From Macrostomum lignano (lineage: Eukaryota), in NCBI GenBank assembly GCA_002269645.1, contig NIVC01003945.1, positions 4,441 through 68,440 on the forward strand: DNA of 64,000 nucleotides, written 5' to 3'. The notes beneath the pieces were generated by a model. That model was not told where the DNA came from, did not search any database, and saw nothing but the letters and a program-made list of their open reading frames with translations. Shown here in pieces: positions 30,411 through 44,714 of this stretch. A program made the position numbers and the translations under genes. Within the stretch, counting starts at the first letter, position 1. Every line of letters starts with the position of its first letter.

Positions 30411-31105
30411 ATGTACGAGCGTTTTGAATGTACGAGCGTTTTGAATTTTTTATACTTGCGTTGCCAGTGTAAAATGCAAACCTATTGAGATGGCAAGTAG
30501 AGATTTATTGCCGCTGTCGCGGCCTTGGCAGCACCCTGCCTTAATAAGGCACTCATGCGATGCAGACTACAATAAAACGATGCTCCGTTGAGCTTATCAG
30601 CTTATATTGTGGCAGAGTCGTATAATTTTCATGATTCATTTGCGTGATAAATTTTCCGAATAAAATTGGACGCCATTTCGAAAGCCGGAGCGACCGCAGC
30701 CCAGCAGCTCGGGGACCATCTTTTGAGTCCGCAATCGAAAACACGATATTTCCATCTTGCGCAGGCCGGGGGGCGAGCCGGATTTCAAGTTGAAATAAAT
30801 TATGCAATTAGGCCCACCAGAAATTGGCACTTAAATTCGGAGAGCGGCGGTCTCTGCTATCCGTGTCAGCTGATTCAGCCGGGTTTTAGTGTTAATCTCG
30901 ATTTGTCACTTTTCGACGGTCGAATGTTGATGCTCTGCTGCTTCCTGCGGTGCCGTTGGTTCAGCATCAAATCGCGTAGCCACTGAATAGTCTAGCACCA
31001 TTTATACTGACTCATTATTATAATATTATTCTATTGTTGAGTTAATGTGATTCTGTAGTCTGAATTCATGAACTGGGAATCACTGTGAGCTGCCCAGACA
31101 CTTGG

Positions 31106-32341
31106 TCAGGGAGGCTGGGCATTATGGATATCCTCTGCCTTCTCCAGTAGGGAAACATTCTTCCAGTTCATGATTAGCATTATGACGCAGATTTCGATCT
31201 TGACGGGCGAGGCTTTATCTCGCATGCAATTGAGTCTGCGGAGCAATGACGATGAGGATTTAGGAAGCCAATGAGAAGCTGGGGGAATGGTCATGATGCC
31301 GCAATCAGCGCGGGCATAATTGCTTGACTTGGCGCAAATGAGAAACCGCCCGGGGGCAGTCCATTTATCTTTCTTAACAAATTGCTTTCTGATCTGCCTT
31401 ATTCTGGGTATTTGGTTCATTTTGGCTTGTCAGAAATATGTCTGTCTGGCTACATCTGTCCTTAGCATGCCACTTCCTGCTATGACACAATATGCATAGC
31501 ATGTTATTGGCAGATGAGATTCCACGTCTATAAACACAGCTCCAAGGAGGAGTGGGGTCCGAACACAGTCTACTAATTGACAGCAGGGAAGTCCGCTTGC
31601 ACTGCCCCTGCTGCTGCACTTTCTGTTGTTTGCGCAGTCTTGCTGAGCATTAGCAAGGCCTTAAAAGCGCGATTCAATCGTTAAAATAAACCGCGGAAAG
31701 TGAATTTGACTTGTAAAATGCAATATAAAGCAGCAGGGGAGGACGCACTGATCCACGAAGGGACACTGCCTAAAAAGCGGCAGTTCCTATATGGAAGCCA
31801 TTTTCAAGTCACCCGTAAAACGCCATGTTTTTTCTTGAAACAGCAGGATTACTCCAGACATTGGCAGCAAATGATTAGCGAACACCGCTTGCACACGGGA
31901 GATCAGAGTGAGGCTGCACTGTTTGGTCTTATAAAACTTAATCTTGAGACAAGCAGAGCAGCTAGGCTAGCTAGGCAACATATTCGTACAAGTAAAAACA
32001 TACTCTGATATTTTAAAAATTCAATAGAGTCTTCACCATCTGGTTGAAACGATCAGTATTGTGAGGAGAAAATTTTCACTAACACCCGGGCATTGCAGGT
32101 TGTTCTCTGTTTGCTGACTCTGTTTCCTCGCATCCTGGGATTTGACCATTCCGGAGCAAACTGGACAAATTTTTAGCTGCTTTTGGTATTCATTGGGCTG
32201 GGGTTGGGCTGACAGGAAGTGGCTGTAGACTCGCTTAGCCCGGGTGCTGCAGTTTCCCATGCAACCCATGAGGAAGTGGGAGAATTCATTCCTTGTGGCT
32301 CCATGCTTGGTAACTGCCGTCCCTGGCAGATCACACTGCAT
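31106..32341 (-). mobile_element. Possible highly degenerate non-LTR retrotransposon (R4/NeSL-like)
   Basis: KKDKWTAPG...IPPASHWLPKSSSSLL...SPVKIEI resembles the RT entry motif KAPGxD...WxxxxxxLLxK...PxNYRPI. An upstream CPVC may be a zinc-finger remnant. Many stops. Confidence 0.35.
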
Positions 32342-35229
32342 CTGCGGTCTGCTCGCCGCCTAGCTACTCACAGACTGCTTTTCCATTAGTGCCGCACACG
32401 GCTCAGCCTTGGGCTCAGCAGCTGGCAATGGCATATGACCATTAGCCAGATGTTTGAAGTGTCAATCAATGCGGTGTGTTAGACTAAGGTCCAGGGCCGC
32501 GTTAGCATCCCCATTTTGATGTCGTCTCTCTTCTCTCTGCACTATAATAGATCAGCGAAATTTGACCTGTTCCAATCTTCAAGTCCGGGCAAGCACCACA
32601 GCTCCAGAGCCGAGCTCCAGAGCCTAATGGCGCCAATCTGTGCAAAGTAATTCATGGAATGGGAAGTATACTTTATGCCTTAGATAATGCTAAGCCCCCA
32701 GCTACTGCTGTTTATGGTTTTCTAGATTAAATTTTATGAGCCAAGCTATCTCTGCGAATGCTAGCTCGTAAAGAGTGTTCACCCTGGATCCTGTAGAATA
32801 GGATTCAGAGACTCGCGGAATGGGAAAAATACTGATAGAAGTTGGCGCCGCAACCGGCCCCTGGTCATAGATCTGCATCCACCCAAACTGAATGAATTTC
32901 AAGGTAGCGTTCGATCCTGGGGAAAAGGCTCTCTACGGACCCCAGGGCTGCTGAGGTGCCTGTACTGGTCTCCGGACCGCTGAAGGGGACCATGGAAGCT
33001 GCCACCACCTGTCATGAGCAGGCGCACCGCCATTCCCACTCTAACGAGGCAGGGGCCTCCCCCAATGACCGGAGCATTTGATCGAGCTAGTCAGGGAGCT
33101 GGCCATAGCCGAAGATGGGACTCTGCTTGGGTGTTTATCGAGAGTCTGCTACACTCATCAGAGCACTTCTCACCATGGGATCCTTGTGACTGGGACAGAC
33201 AAAAATACCAGCGTGTCAGACTACTAAAAGTGGTATGAGAGAATATGAACCCTATAGTTTCCAGATGATCAGTGCGAGAATGGCCCTATGTCCAGGGATT
33301 GTGATACTTCCGGCCCTTCCAATGCTAACAAATCTCTGCTACTCACGCTCACACTCGCGGACTGCTAGTGGACTGCTAGTGGTCCTTGCGAGCAGCTTAA
33401 TAATAGTAGTAAATTCTGCGGTTAACAGGGCACAGGCCTGAGTGCGACCGAAGATGCTCGACCTTGCTGATGCTGGCTGCTGATGCCGCAGGCAGGCTGT
33501 TGCTGCTGCTGTGTGTGTGTGTGTCGCCGGAACGAGTCCCCGATCAGAGCCACTCCGGGTGGGCTGACGAAGGGCTTCGTGTTCCGAATCAACCGAGTGT
33601 TCGTTTGTCTGGGAGAGGTTCCCTGGCTCCCATCCGCCGCTTAAAGGCCCTCGGGAAATAGGATAGGTGCAAGGACCACTGAAGTCACTTCGTAGTCCTT
33701 GGATAGGTGTTGCTGCTGTTGCTGCCGGAACTAATATATCGTCACCAGTCAGGACAGAGAGTCACCGGTATAGTCCCCGGGAACGGACAGGAGTCAGTTT
33801 GGAGTCAGGAGGGATACGTCTTACGCTCTAATTAGGCATGCTGACACCAGAAAAAGCTTTGTGTCTTCCAAATCCCAGTGTTCCGCGATGAATCAAAAAG
33901 TCCTACAACCTAGGCCAACCTCTGCGTTTTTATCGGAATCGTTGAATAGTGCAACAACTTTATATAAACCCCAATCACTGGCTCAAAAACAAAAATCATG
34001 AAATGTAAATCACAACAGTTGCAAAAGCGCCGTACATCAAAGTGGCGTTTTTAGCGATCTCTAACGTTTTTTGGTTTACTATCGCTCATGTTTAGTTTAG
34101 AAACTGAAAAGCCCTAGTGTGATATATATACAGGTCTATAATGAGTACGGGTCTTCCATTACGATTCAAAATGTTAAAAAATCACATTTAATGACGAAGG
34201 CCAATAACTGAGTTGAAATTGAACACAAATCAGTTATAGGTTTACGCTTTAACGATTTTAACAACGAAAGGCATAAAATTGCTACTTTTGTGTGTTAAAA
34301 TTAAACTTATTTTGCATTTAAGTATTTTTAACATTTTATTAATTTCAGAATTTCGTTTAGAAAAAGAAATTTGCTGCAAATTCTCTTTTTGAATTTTTCG
34401 TGGGAACCTGTACCACGTGTGTAGTTTCTTGGAGTTTTTTGTTCGTATGCGTATAGGCCTTTAGTGTATGAATATTTCAGAAAAAAACTTGCTCTTAATT
34501 CTGCCATTGAAATGTACGAATTTACTGTTCGTGCCTCACGCTTTGCCTATAAATTGTGCACAAATAAATATTTACATATTTGCATAATACTAATAGCTAA
34601 ATGCAAATAGAAATAGGCTTAAACATTGTACTTGTGAGAATATTCGTCAGACATTTTCAGACCATGCATTTTGACTTTAATGATTTTTATGCATTAATAA
34701 ATACTAGCCTAATATTTTAGTATATTAAAAACATATACTTCTATGGTCTATCCATTTGGCATTTGGTCTGTCCTTTGCGGTCCTTAAAAGTAAATTAGGA
34801 AGTTTAGTCTATTAATAAAGAATTATTATTATTATTATTAATAAAGAACTTTCAAAATGTGTTGATTTCTAATTATTTTTGAATATGAAATTGTTATAAC
34901 CAAAGAAATTTTAACCAATGAAGACTATAATGTGATATATAATGCTGTTTAGCTCCATTTTTTGTGCATCAAATAATTTACATTTAAATTTAGTTTAAAA
35001 TTGACTGTTGCATTCTTGATTGATTTTTCTAGATTTATGATGAATATTTTCCTAACTATTCTCTCTCAAAGTGGGTTGAATGCTCTATAGGTATGCATAG
35101 TTGATGGGTATTTGCTAACTAGTTTATTAAACATTGCTATATTCCTATATTCTCTAAATACATGCTGCTACAATTAAGTTTCAGCAATTTTTCAAAGACT
35201 AGCAAATCAAAGGAATATACACTGCCTAC

Positions 35230-37086
35230 ATGTGGATTCAGTATTTTGTCTGCCAGATCTCTCTAACAGTTACTTGGCTGCCAATAAATCTTGCAACATT
35301 TATTGATAACCAGGCTCTATATAGTCTGAACTGGCAAGAGTTCAATCATGTAAGTTGAGATTCACGTCCAAATCCATTTGTTTTTTTTATGCAGCATCCA
35401 ACAGTTGAACATTCCAGGACCCATCGCCGGCTGAATATGAGATTGCGACAATGCGAACTAACCAAAACGAACTTTACAACTGCCATGTGCCAACGAAAGT
35501 AATCGAGAAATTCAATGTAAGCATTCGGTTTCTTTGTCTACTTTGCTTCTTAGTCAGGGTTGCCTGCTTGTAGAAAGGGGCCTGACTGCTTGCCTCCTTG
35601 CTCTCTGCCGGTCGACTAACTGCTTGTTTTGCGGCAGTTCCCACAGCCCCGGCAACTACTTGTAGCTAATAACGAGTCGCCGTTCCTGCTTTTTGTGTGA
35701 CCGCCTGGCCCCTCCTTGGCATTTCAACTCAAAGGCCTCCGACACCTTCGTTGTGAACGAAGCCGCATTAGAAGCCGCTCGCTGGCTGCTGCTGCCGCTG
35801 CTGAGCACCGAGTCTCCCGAATCTCCGATTGAAGAGCCCGATGAAGACACCTGCTGGCAGCTGCTGACCACGGCCAGCGTGCCCGGCGAGTTTTGGCAGC
35901 GCAGCCGAGACGTTGTCTACAAATTGTGTAGCATCGCGCACGGCGGCCAGGTGCAACTGCTTAGCCAAGACGGCAGCAGCGGCGTCTGGAACATCGGTGG
36001 CTTCCCAGACGGCGGCGACGTGGCGGACGAAATCGCCGCCGCTCTGCGCCCGGGACCGCCGGGCAGCTTCGTTGAAGTTGACAGCAGGCACCGGCTGGCG
36101 TTCGTCGAGCTGACTTTAGACTCCGGCGGCGATGCCTGCCCTGATGACCCCGGAGTCAATTTGTCAACGATTCTGCGATTTGCTTGCGGCACCAAGCCCG
36201 GCCTGGTGTCGGCTGTTCAGCCCGGACCGTGTCGGCACCGACTGCTGCTGCTGACGCCGCTGCTGTGCGGTCAGCCTGCGTTTCGGCCGAGGCCGGCCCG
36301 GTTGAACCGCATCGCGTGTCGACGAGTTTCTCCTAAAAGCGGGTACGTCAAAGTTCTGGGTTTTTTACACTGCGTGTTTCTAAGATGCAGATACTTCAGC
36401 TTAACATTCTCAGGTGACCAATATGGATGCGCAGATGCTGGATTGCCCAGTAAAATAAAACTTTTACAGCAAAACTCCAGCTTGAACTGCCTCTATCCCA
36501 CACATTCTTAGCCTTCTTGTAGATCTTCCTGCATGGATAGGTTGGCCACCATTCTAAATATTCAGGCTGGGCCACCGCCATCCTCCCATTTCCTTCCAAA
36601 TTCTTAGGCTGGGTTACCACCTTCAAGATACTCAGTCTGGGTTACCACCTTCGAGATCATCCGGCTGGGCCGCACCCTCCCAAAGTCAGAAGATTTCATC
36701 CTTTTATAAGTGTTAAAATCAGGATTACAGGACCCCTTCCTCAGGAGGGAATCCAACATTCACTTGAATTTTCCCAATGCAATCAGCAGCGCCAAGTCGG
36801 GGCCGCCCAGATCTCTGGCCGAGCTGGAGGCCAGCCGGGATCACGTACGGCTGTCCAGCCTGTTGCTGGGTTCCAGGGGCTCGTCAGGCGGCACCAGTAA
36901 GCTGCGGCTTGGCGTTGGAGACGCGTCGTCTGAGGTGAGCTCGTGTTGGCTCCGGGGAATGCAGCGGTTGCGGCTCTCAGCTCACAGCTCACGGATGCTC
37001 TTCTTCCTCCTCAATTGCAGACTGTGATCTTCTGGTCCAGCAACGTACCCTGGCTATTGGACGACGAAGAGACAGATGATAACTGA
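35230..37086 (+). CDS. OS-9/ERLEC1-like ER protein with one MRH (mannose-6-phosphate receptor homology) domain
   Basis: Proposed exons 35230-35349 (signal peptide and YSLNW), 35418-35516 (MRTNQNELYNCHVP), 35735-36342, 36787-36934, 37021-37086, all phase-consistent. MRH-like cysteine spacing: TCWQL...FW...YKLC...QVQ...GGDAC...LRFAC...QPGPCRH...TPLLCGQPAF. An extra small exon near 35638 is possible. Confidence 0.7.
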
Positions 37087-37401
37087 TTTTGAACCTTTCA
37101 GTCCAATAGTTGCTACTTGTCAGTAGCGTGCTTCGGATCATTGCTACAGTTTCTTTCCAATTCAATGTCGCATTTGTTTTCATGTTTAATATGAATTCTG
37201 TCTGTTCAAGCAAATTTGGAGCTTTCTTAGAAATTTGTTAGAAATTTGCGGCGTTTTTCTTTTCGGCTATATTGGATAAAATAATGAAGTAAATGTAAGA
37301 ATGCAACATTGCAGGCATCGGTTTTGCTAAGATTCAGATTCTAAAAATGACTTTCATAATCAAGCGAATGACAGCTTCTATTTTCGGTCTTCATTTATTT
37401 C

Positions 37402-37652
<251 letters not shown>

Positions 37653-37959
37653 AGTAGTATTACATGGGATAGAAAGCTTACTATGTATCCAAGATCGCTG
37701 GATGAGTGTCAAGGACAATCTCCAGCCAATCCAAGGCACCGACCAATGTTTGCCGTTGGTTTCGGATGTTCAACTGCTGAAATTTTGAATTAAAACCCAC
37801 GCACTCCTCTTAGCGATATCCTGCGAAATCTGACAAAGAAGGCAGCTAACTTCAGCTCAAAACTGCGTGTTTAATATATTTTGAAGGTAAGAAGTTTTTC
37901 GGCGTATTTCCGTAATGAGTGAGCTTCTCGGTATCCATAGGCCAAGTCTGTTCAGGCCA

Positions 37960-38128
37960 TTTGGAGTTCCTGCATGCAAATGTGAAGTTTCATTTGGAGT
38001 TCCTGTATGCAAATTGTGGAGTTTCATTTGGAGTTCCTGTATGCAAATTGAGGAGTTTCATTTGGAGTTCCTGTATGCAAATTGAGGAGTTTCATTTGGA
38101 GTTCCTGTATGCAAATTGTGGAGTTTCA
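37960..38128. repeat. ~34-bp tandem repeat x ~5
   Basis: gagtttcatttggagttcctgtatgcaaattg.. units. Confidence 0.85.
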
Positions 38129-39174
38129 TAAACAAGAATCGCCTGATACGAAGAGATGAGCCATAGACAGAGGCTGTGTATGGCTCATCTCCTCGTATCA
38201 GGCGATTCTTTGTATGTAATCCACGGCATGTGCGACCTGAATATAACGCCTTATCTCCGCCGGAGATAATGAGTTATCTCCGCTATCCATGTCTATCCAT
38301 CTCGTTGGTTTTTCTATGGTAGCAGAGTTACGCTACTGATTATCACCGCTCATTTAACACTGGGGGAATAGACGAGGCGCACGTCTATAGACTTCGTAGA
38401 TAGACGAATTTTGACGGAATTTTGTTTGCCCTCTTTACCAAGAACTATTGCCTCACCTTCCCACACAGGGGGTAACAAACGATCAAATCCTGGCCAAAAG
38501 CAAGTGGTTCGCTGAAGAGCTGACCTTTTTTAAGCCGCCGTTGTGTTTACCTTATCGACGGTCCTGGCTGAGATTTAGTTAGCAAGGATCGTCGCCAGTC
38601 GCCGGTAGTACGATAGTACATAAGCAGCCAAAGATTGGTGAAAATACGATTAGTCATCTAGACCAAAGGTGGTCTAAGTTCGCAAAAAAATTGCAAAAAT
38701 CTGCAATGACCGATTGGCTTCTTTTAAAGATTTTCGCACCTGAAACTCCGGCGCTGCTGTGTCCGTAGTACGAAAGTCCGGGCTCTTGCACATGTTCCAG
38801 GTAACAGTGGCAACAGCCTACCATTCTTTTAGAGGTCTCGAGCGACGTTTCGCTATGTAGTGTTTCTGGACTTGACTGACGCTAACTTGCAACAAAGTGA
38901 GTCATCGTATGGAAGTCTTTTATTTTTATGTAAAACACTTGAAAACATTAAAACAGCATAATACGCTTGCACAATTTCAAAGGCTAATTTGATTAAACTT
39001 CTGCATCCGCCTTATACTCGAGCGCATATTGTATTTGTTACCATTTTAAAAGTTCATGACCCGAGTGAATGGTCGATTACATGCTAAATTTTACCGAACA
39101 AAGAAAGTAATGATAAAAACTAGGGAATAATAAGGTTATCTTTGTCTCAACCTAACATATAACCCACAGTAGCC

Positions 39175-39662
39175 ATGAAGATCACTCTACTGCAAGCTGG
39201 TCGCACTGTACAGGAGGAGATCGTGTACTGCGTGCCTGACCAGTCGCAGCAGCAGCAGCAGCAGCAGCAGCAGCCAGCTCAGCAGCAGTCACTGCAAACC
39301 CAGCAGCAGCATCACGGAACTATTTCCAGGTCGATGCGCAACGCTTTCATCACTATCTCGTATGGGACAAGCGGCGGCAGCGGCGGCGGGTCGGGCCGAC
39401 CTTCGAGCGCCGCTTCTCAACCGTCTAACGGTGGCAGCGACTTGCAGCCGCAGGACTGGCGGCGGGGCAGTCAGGAGAGTCTGCAGTGGCGACAGCCGAT
39501 CGCCGCGATTCTAACCGGATCAGTCAGCGACGACTCTTCGGGCCGTCAGCCAATCGGATCGGAGTCAACAGATGACTCATCACCTGGTCAAGTGATGTTC
39601 CGCTCGATGCAAGCCGAACCGCCCGATCTGCTGCCGAGTGAGGCCGGCCAGTTCAGCCTCAT

Positions 39663-39704
<42 letters not shown>

Positions 39705-39705
39705 C
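39175..39705 (+). CDS. Low-complexity polyQ/Ser-rich coding exon, possibly the N-terminus of the LZTS-like gene
   Basis: ATG-started GC-rich ORF with two CAG tracts ending at donor ccc|gtaagc. Its phase 0 does not join directly to the phase-2 acceptor at 42562, so linkage is unproven. Confidence 0.5.
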
Positions 39706-39736
39706 GTAAGCGGTTAATCCTAAAGCTGCTGGATAA

Positions 39737-40062
39737 GATATGATGCCTAGATTAGTATATGGTGCCTAGATCAGTGCAGATATGGTGCCTGGATTAGTAC
39801 AGATATGGTGCCTAGATCAGTGCAGATATGGTACCTGGATCAGTACAGATATGCTGCCTGGATCAATACAGATATGGTGCCTAGATCAGTGCAGATATGG
39901 TACCTGGATCAGTATAGATATGGTACCTGGATCAGTATAGATATGGTACCTGGATCAGTATAGATATGGTACCTGAATCAGTATAGATATGGTACCTGGA
40001 TCAGTATAGATATGGTACCTGGATCAGTATAGATATAGTACCTGGATCAGTACAGGTATGGT
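39737..40062. repeat. ~23-bp minisatellite (GATATGGTACCTGGATCAGTATA)
   Basis: Direct reading. Confidence 0.9.
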
Positions 40063-42561
40063 CAGACATTAATTGAACGCGAGGTTTTCCCCTAGAAAAT
40101 ACGAGCCCCAAAGCAAATTGGTCAGCAACGGTTGAGGTTCTGGAAGGTCCACCCACAGTTTCCAATCCTCCCGCCGTCAGCGGAGCTGTTCAAGCTTTTC
40201 TTGAAAAAAGCAACACAACGAACAGCAGTTGAAAGATCAGTTTGGACTAACGATTCGTCCCATTCGCCGATACAAAGTGCAGATTTCCAAATGCTTCATC
40301 ATCACTCAGCATCAGCGAGATCCTCGCAGCAGACCCCACCCCCCACTCTCTTGTCGGCTGCAAGTCTGCAACTGGAAGAATGGAGCGAACTGGGAAAAGT
40401 GATGGCTAGCAAACCCTCCCTGCCTCCCCTGTCTCTCCCCAGAATGAATGGGAGAAAAGAGATACCAGAGAGGCTATCTTTGCTTAGCTGCAGTTTCCTG
40501 CGACGAATTCCAGCCTGCTGCCCCATGCTTTCGACGCATTTGTGAAAACATTTGACAGCAGCAACCGATACATTTTAGTAGACGTTTCTATAGGGAAATC
40601 GGTTCTGCTCAGGATGACCGCTATGCAGATGAGGATACAACCAGTATCATCATTGATTCTATTGCACTCTGCCCGCACCGTTGCACAGTTTTGTAGTTAC
40701 ATTCGCTTAGCCAACCTCAGGTACCGCATTACCTCCTGGATATCCGCATAAGTCTGCAAATTAAGGAAAATTTTTAACACCTCTGTTGCGTATTCGATCT
40801 GCTGACAATATAGTCTATAATTCTAAGCTTACTCATTTAGTCTGTTTCTTAGGGACTCAATACGACTGTACCCTTTCTTTTGTGTTAAAAATCGATAACC
40901 TACAGAAAGTGCATTTCTCGACTCCTTCCCAGTCTCATCCTTTTTTCGAGGAACAACAACTTCTATGGTAATTTGCTGTTGTAGCAGGACTGAGAACCAT
41001 CTCTCAGTCCCCACGAGGCCGGAGAAATAGTTCTCCGTCCTGCTACAGTTGTATTAAACAAACGCAAACTAACAAAACTAACAACAACACGAAGTTCAAC
41101 ATAGTAAGGAATACTCGTAGAAGCGTCTTGTAAGCACTCACTCAAAAAAGGATTGCAACAGGGTTGGTGCTACCATTGATGTTATACTTTTCTTACTCGT
41201 ATAAAAGAATGCAAGCGCACAACAAGCCGCTGCGGCCAAAAAAAAACATTTTAATCCCAATCGGCCGGGTTCTTCGTCTTCATGTTCTGCTTCTACAAAC
41301 GTAACACCCTGGGTAAGCAAGAAGTGGTATACTCCAATGACGCTGCTGGGTTTCGGACTCAGAATTGTCTCTTAAGTACGCTCGTACTATAAGAGAATGC
41401 AGTTCTACTTGTTGGCTTCAAGCAAGCGGAGACAATCCAAGGCTGTACTTTTGGCAACGTGCGTAGACGCAGCCTTTGATCTGATTGAGGAGCTTTCAAA
41501 GCCCTGAGACGGCTCCAAAGATGAGGTGACTTACGAGAAGGATATTGGAACCGCACTGATTGCGCACTTCAAGAACTCAGTTGTCTTATAAAGTTCCTGA
41601 CAAAGGGCCCGAACTTTGCGCCTGTCTGTAAGCTTGACCAAGAAAACTTCCCCTCCAATGCACTCTAGTCCCTAGCTATGTGGGCAACAGGAAATTACAA
41701 ACACACGAATACGCGATCACACTATTTTGTCTGTTGAATGCAAAGCCGAGTAAGAAGAATCGAAGCCATCTGTAGAAGAAGGCGCGATCTGCCATTGCCT
41801 GAGCGAGGCTTGTTGCAGGAGCAGGCGGCGTTCGTACAATCTGGGAATAAATCGAAAAATGTGGCTAACGTTGGATTTTCTAAGCAAAACAGCTTTTTTG
41901 TCCCCAGCCGCCTGCACTTTGCCTGTACCAGTCGGGCGCCGCCATCATTATTTTCCTGGCTGTCGCCCGCCATTTTCCGTGTCCATTCTGATTGCATGCG
42001 GCTTCGGGCGCCGTGGCCCCCGCGCGCAGTTCCCATGGTCTGGGGGGAAGCGGCGGAAAAGGTCACGCAGTCTGCGCTCGCCGGAGGGGAATTCACGACT
42101 GCATCGCAGCAGAGGGGGCGGGACGAGTCTCCATCGGACACAGGCGTCACAGGCCTGTAGTGAAATTAATTATGTACTGCAGTTCTTGAATCCAGGAAAA
42201 AACGAAAAAAAACAAAACAAAAAAGCCTGCTTCATCCCAAGCCCCAGATTCGTTAAATTCAAAGGAGGAGTTTCAGATTCGAATAAATTTCAGATTAAGC
42301 TTGGGAAGACATTTTTTATTACTTTTACCGCAAAGCTTGAAACGAAAAATAACTTAAAGGCCCAGGCATCAAATTTACCAGAAAATGTGTATTGTCATGG
42401 AATTACTTGACAATTTAGCACTATTATAACTTTAATAACATCATAGAAAGTTACAGAAAGTGGTAGGAAATGAATCTCGCGAGTAAATTTGTGTGTGGAA
42501 CGTTCCAGAATCCAGACCAAAGACTAGTTAGACCTTGAGCTATGCTAGGGGACAGATGCAG

Positions 42562-44714
42562 GTTTTACACCAACTCTCATGCCCCGATCGCACAGTCCAC
42601 AGCTGGCGCTGTTCACTCTAACAGCATCGTGGTCCGGCCGACTCCTTGTCGACCGGCCGCCTCCACGTCGGAGCTGGCCGCGCCGACCGCCGTCACCAGC
42701 GCTCGCCGGCATTCAACAGCATCGGCTGCCTCAGTTGTGGGCAGAGCCGCACCGAATGGCCATGCGGTCGTTGCCTGCGGCAGCGACAGCGGCCTGAGCC
42801 AGGAGGAGCCGTCAGCGGTCTGCGGCTACTCGAGCGACTGCTGCTGCGCCACGTCGTCCTTTCCCAGCGGCGCCGGCGTCATCAAGGGAGGAGAGAAATT
42901 CGTTCAGCTGCGCCAGCTGCGTGAGAGAGAATCCGAACTGGCGATGCTCAGGCGCACCATGGAGCAGAATGAGGCCGCCCTGATGCGCGTGTTTGAGGAG
43001 AGGCGAACGGAGCTGGAGAATCGGGTGAGTTACTGAGTGAATGAGTTACTGAATGAATGAGTTACTAAATGAATGAGTTACTGAATGAATGAGTTACTGA
43101 ATGAATGAGTTACTGAATGAATGAGTTACTGAATGAATGAGTTACTGAATGAATGAGTTACTGAATGAATGAGTTACTGAGTGAATGAGTTACTGAGTGA
43201 ATGAGTTACTGAATGAATGAGTTACTGAGTGAATGAGTTACTGAGTGAATGAGTTACTGAGTGAATGAGTTACTGAGTGAATGAGTTACTGAATGAATGA
43301 GTTACTGAGTTACTGAGTGGATGAGTGAATGAGTTACTGAGTGGATGAGTTACTGAGTGGATGAGTTACTGAGTGAATGAGTTACTGAGTTACTGACTGG
43401 ATGAGTGAATGAGTTACTGAATGAATGAGTTACTGAGTGAATGAGTTACTGAGTGAATGAGTTACTGAGTTACTGAGTGGATGAGTGAATGAGTTACTGA
43501 GTGAATGAGTTACTGAGTTACTGAGTGGATGAGTGAATGAGTTACTGAGTGGATGAATTACTGAGTGGTTGAGTTCTTAAGTGGAGATGAATTTGAGTTA
43601 ACGCGATGCTTAGTGTACGAGTTGCATAGTCGGTGAGTTACTGAGAAGACTCTAGTATTTTCTGAGTAGTTTCCAAGATTTCTAGTGACAGGAAGCAAAA
43701 GTGCTTCGGTTGACCAAAGCTTTTTACACAAATGGCATTCAGAAGTGTGCAACTGCGTTGGGCCACTTCTGGACAATTCGTACGAATTTATTGCTTATCA
43801 ACCTGGGGGGGGGCAATAAACTGTTTATACTTCGAAGAGCTCTCTGGAGGATTTGCCTGACGAGATAACGCCACGCGGCGCCAACTCTCTTTCGGCACCA
43901 AGTCGCCTGTCAAAGCTGCCTCTGCGTAAATATCTGGGCGCCAGAATGCCTGTAGCTTCGTGGAGAGTGCAAACTTGAATGCAAACTTTGTCACTGAGGT
44001 TTCTACAAGAAGCACGGGGGTCGACAGAACTGCTATTGGAATCAAATTTGGCGTCAAATCGATGTTGCTATAATAATGCCGATTCCTGTCTGTGGGGAAA
44101 CCCAGATTGTGGCACAGAGTGTGCACATGCCTGGCGATGAGATCCGCATGCCTTCTGTCTGGCAGCGGGCCAACTGCCTCTCTGATTTGTCTAGTAACCC
44201 GTCGTTTTTCTTCTCTACGAGATTCTGCGGCAGAATTCTCTCCCGAACCCTCTAAAATCTCGCCGCCCAGCTCCGCGCCGAGCTGTCGCTGAACTCGCGC
44301 CTCGCTCCGGGACTGTCGCAGGCCAACCGGCGCGTCCGCCAGTGCGAGCAGGTCATCGCTGACCTGCGCCTACAGGCGCAGCTGCAGTCTGGCGAGCTGC
44401 GGGCCGGACGCAGCCGAAACCGCCGGCTGGAGGCGGAGCTGGCGGCCCAGACGGAGCGGGCGAGCGGCCTGGAGGCGGCTCTGGCAGCGTCCAACGAGTC
44501 GCTGGAGGCCGCCACGCGGGAGGTGCATCGACTTCGCCAGCAGCTGCCCACGGCTCCGGCGGCTGAGCGAGCCTGCCAGACCGAGGATTCCGCCAGTGTC
44601 GAGTCGACGACTGCGGCGACAGCGGCTGCTGAGGCGGAGGTGGAAGCGGCGCAGTCGAAACTTGAAGAAACTCGGAAACTTTTGCTGCTTGCGGAAGAGC
44701 GAAGCAGAGAGCAG
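42562..44714 (+). CDS. LZTS/Fez1-family-like coiled-coil protein, internal exons 42562-43024 and 44271-44714
   Basis: IVVRPTPCRP resembles the LZTS RPTAFKP motif. QLRERESELAMLRRTMEQNEAALMRVFEERR resembles the LZTS coiled-coil entry. Phase-0 GT-AG join between the exons; 3' exon(s) not located. Confidence 0.6.
43025..43560. repeat. 16-bp minisatellite (GAGTGAATGAGTTACT) starting at the splice donor
   Basis: Direct reading. Confidence 0.95.
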
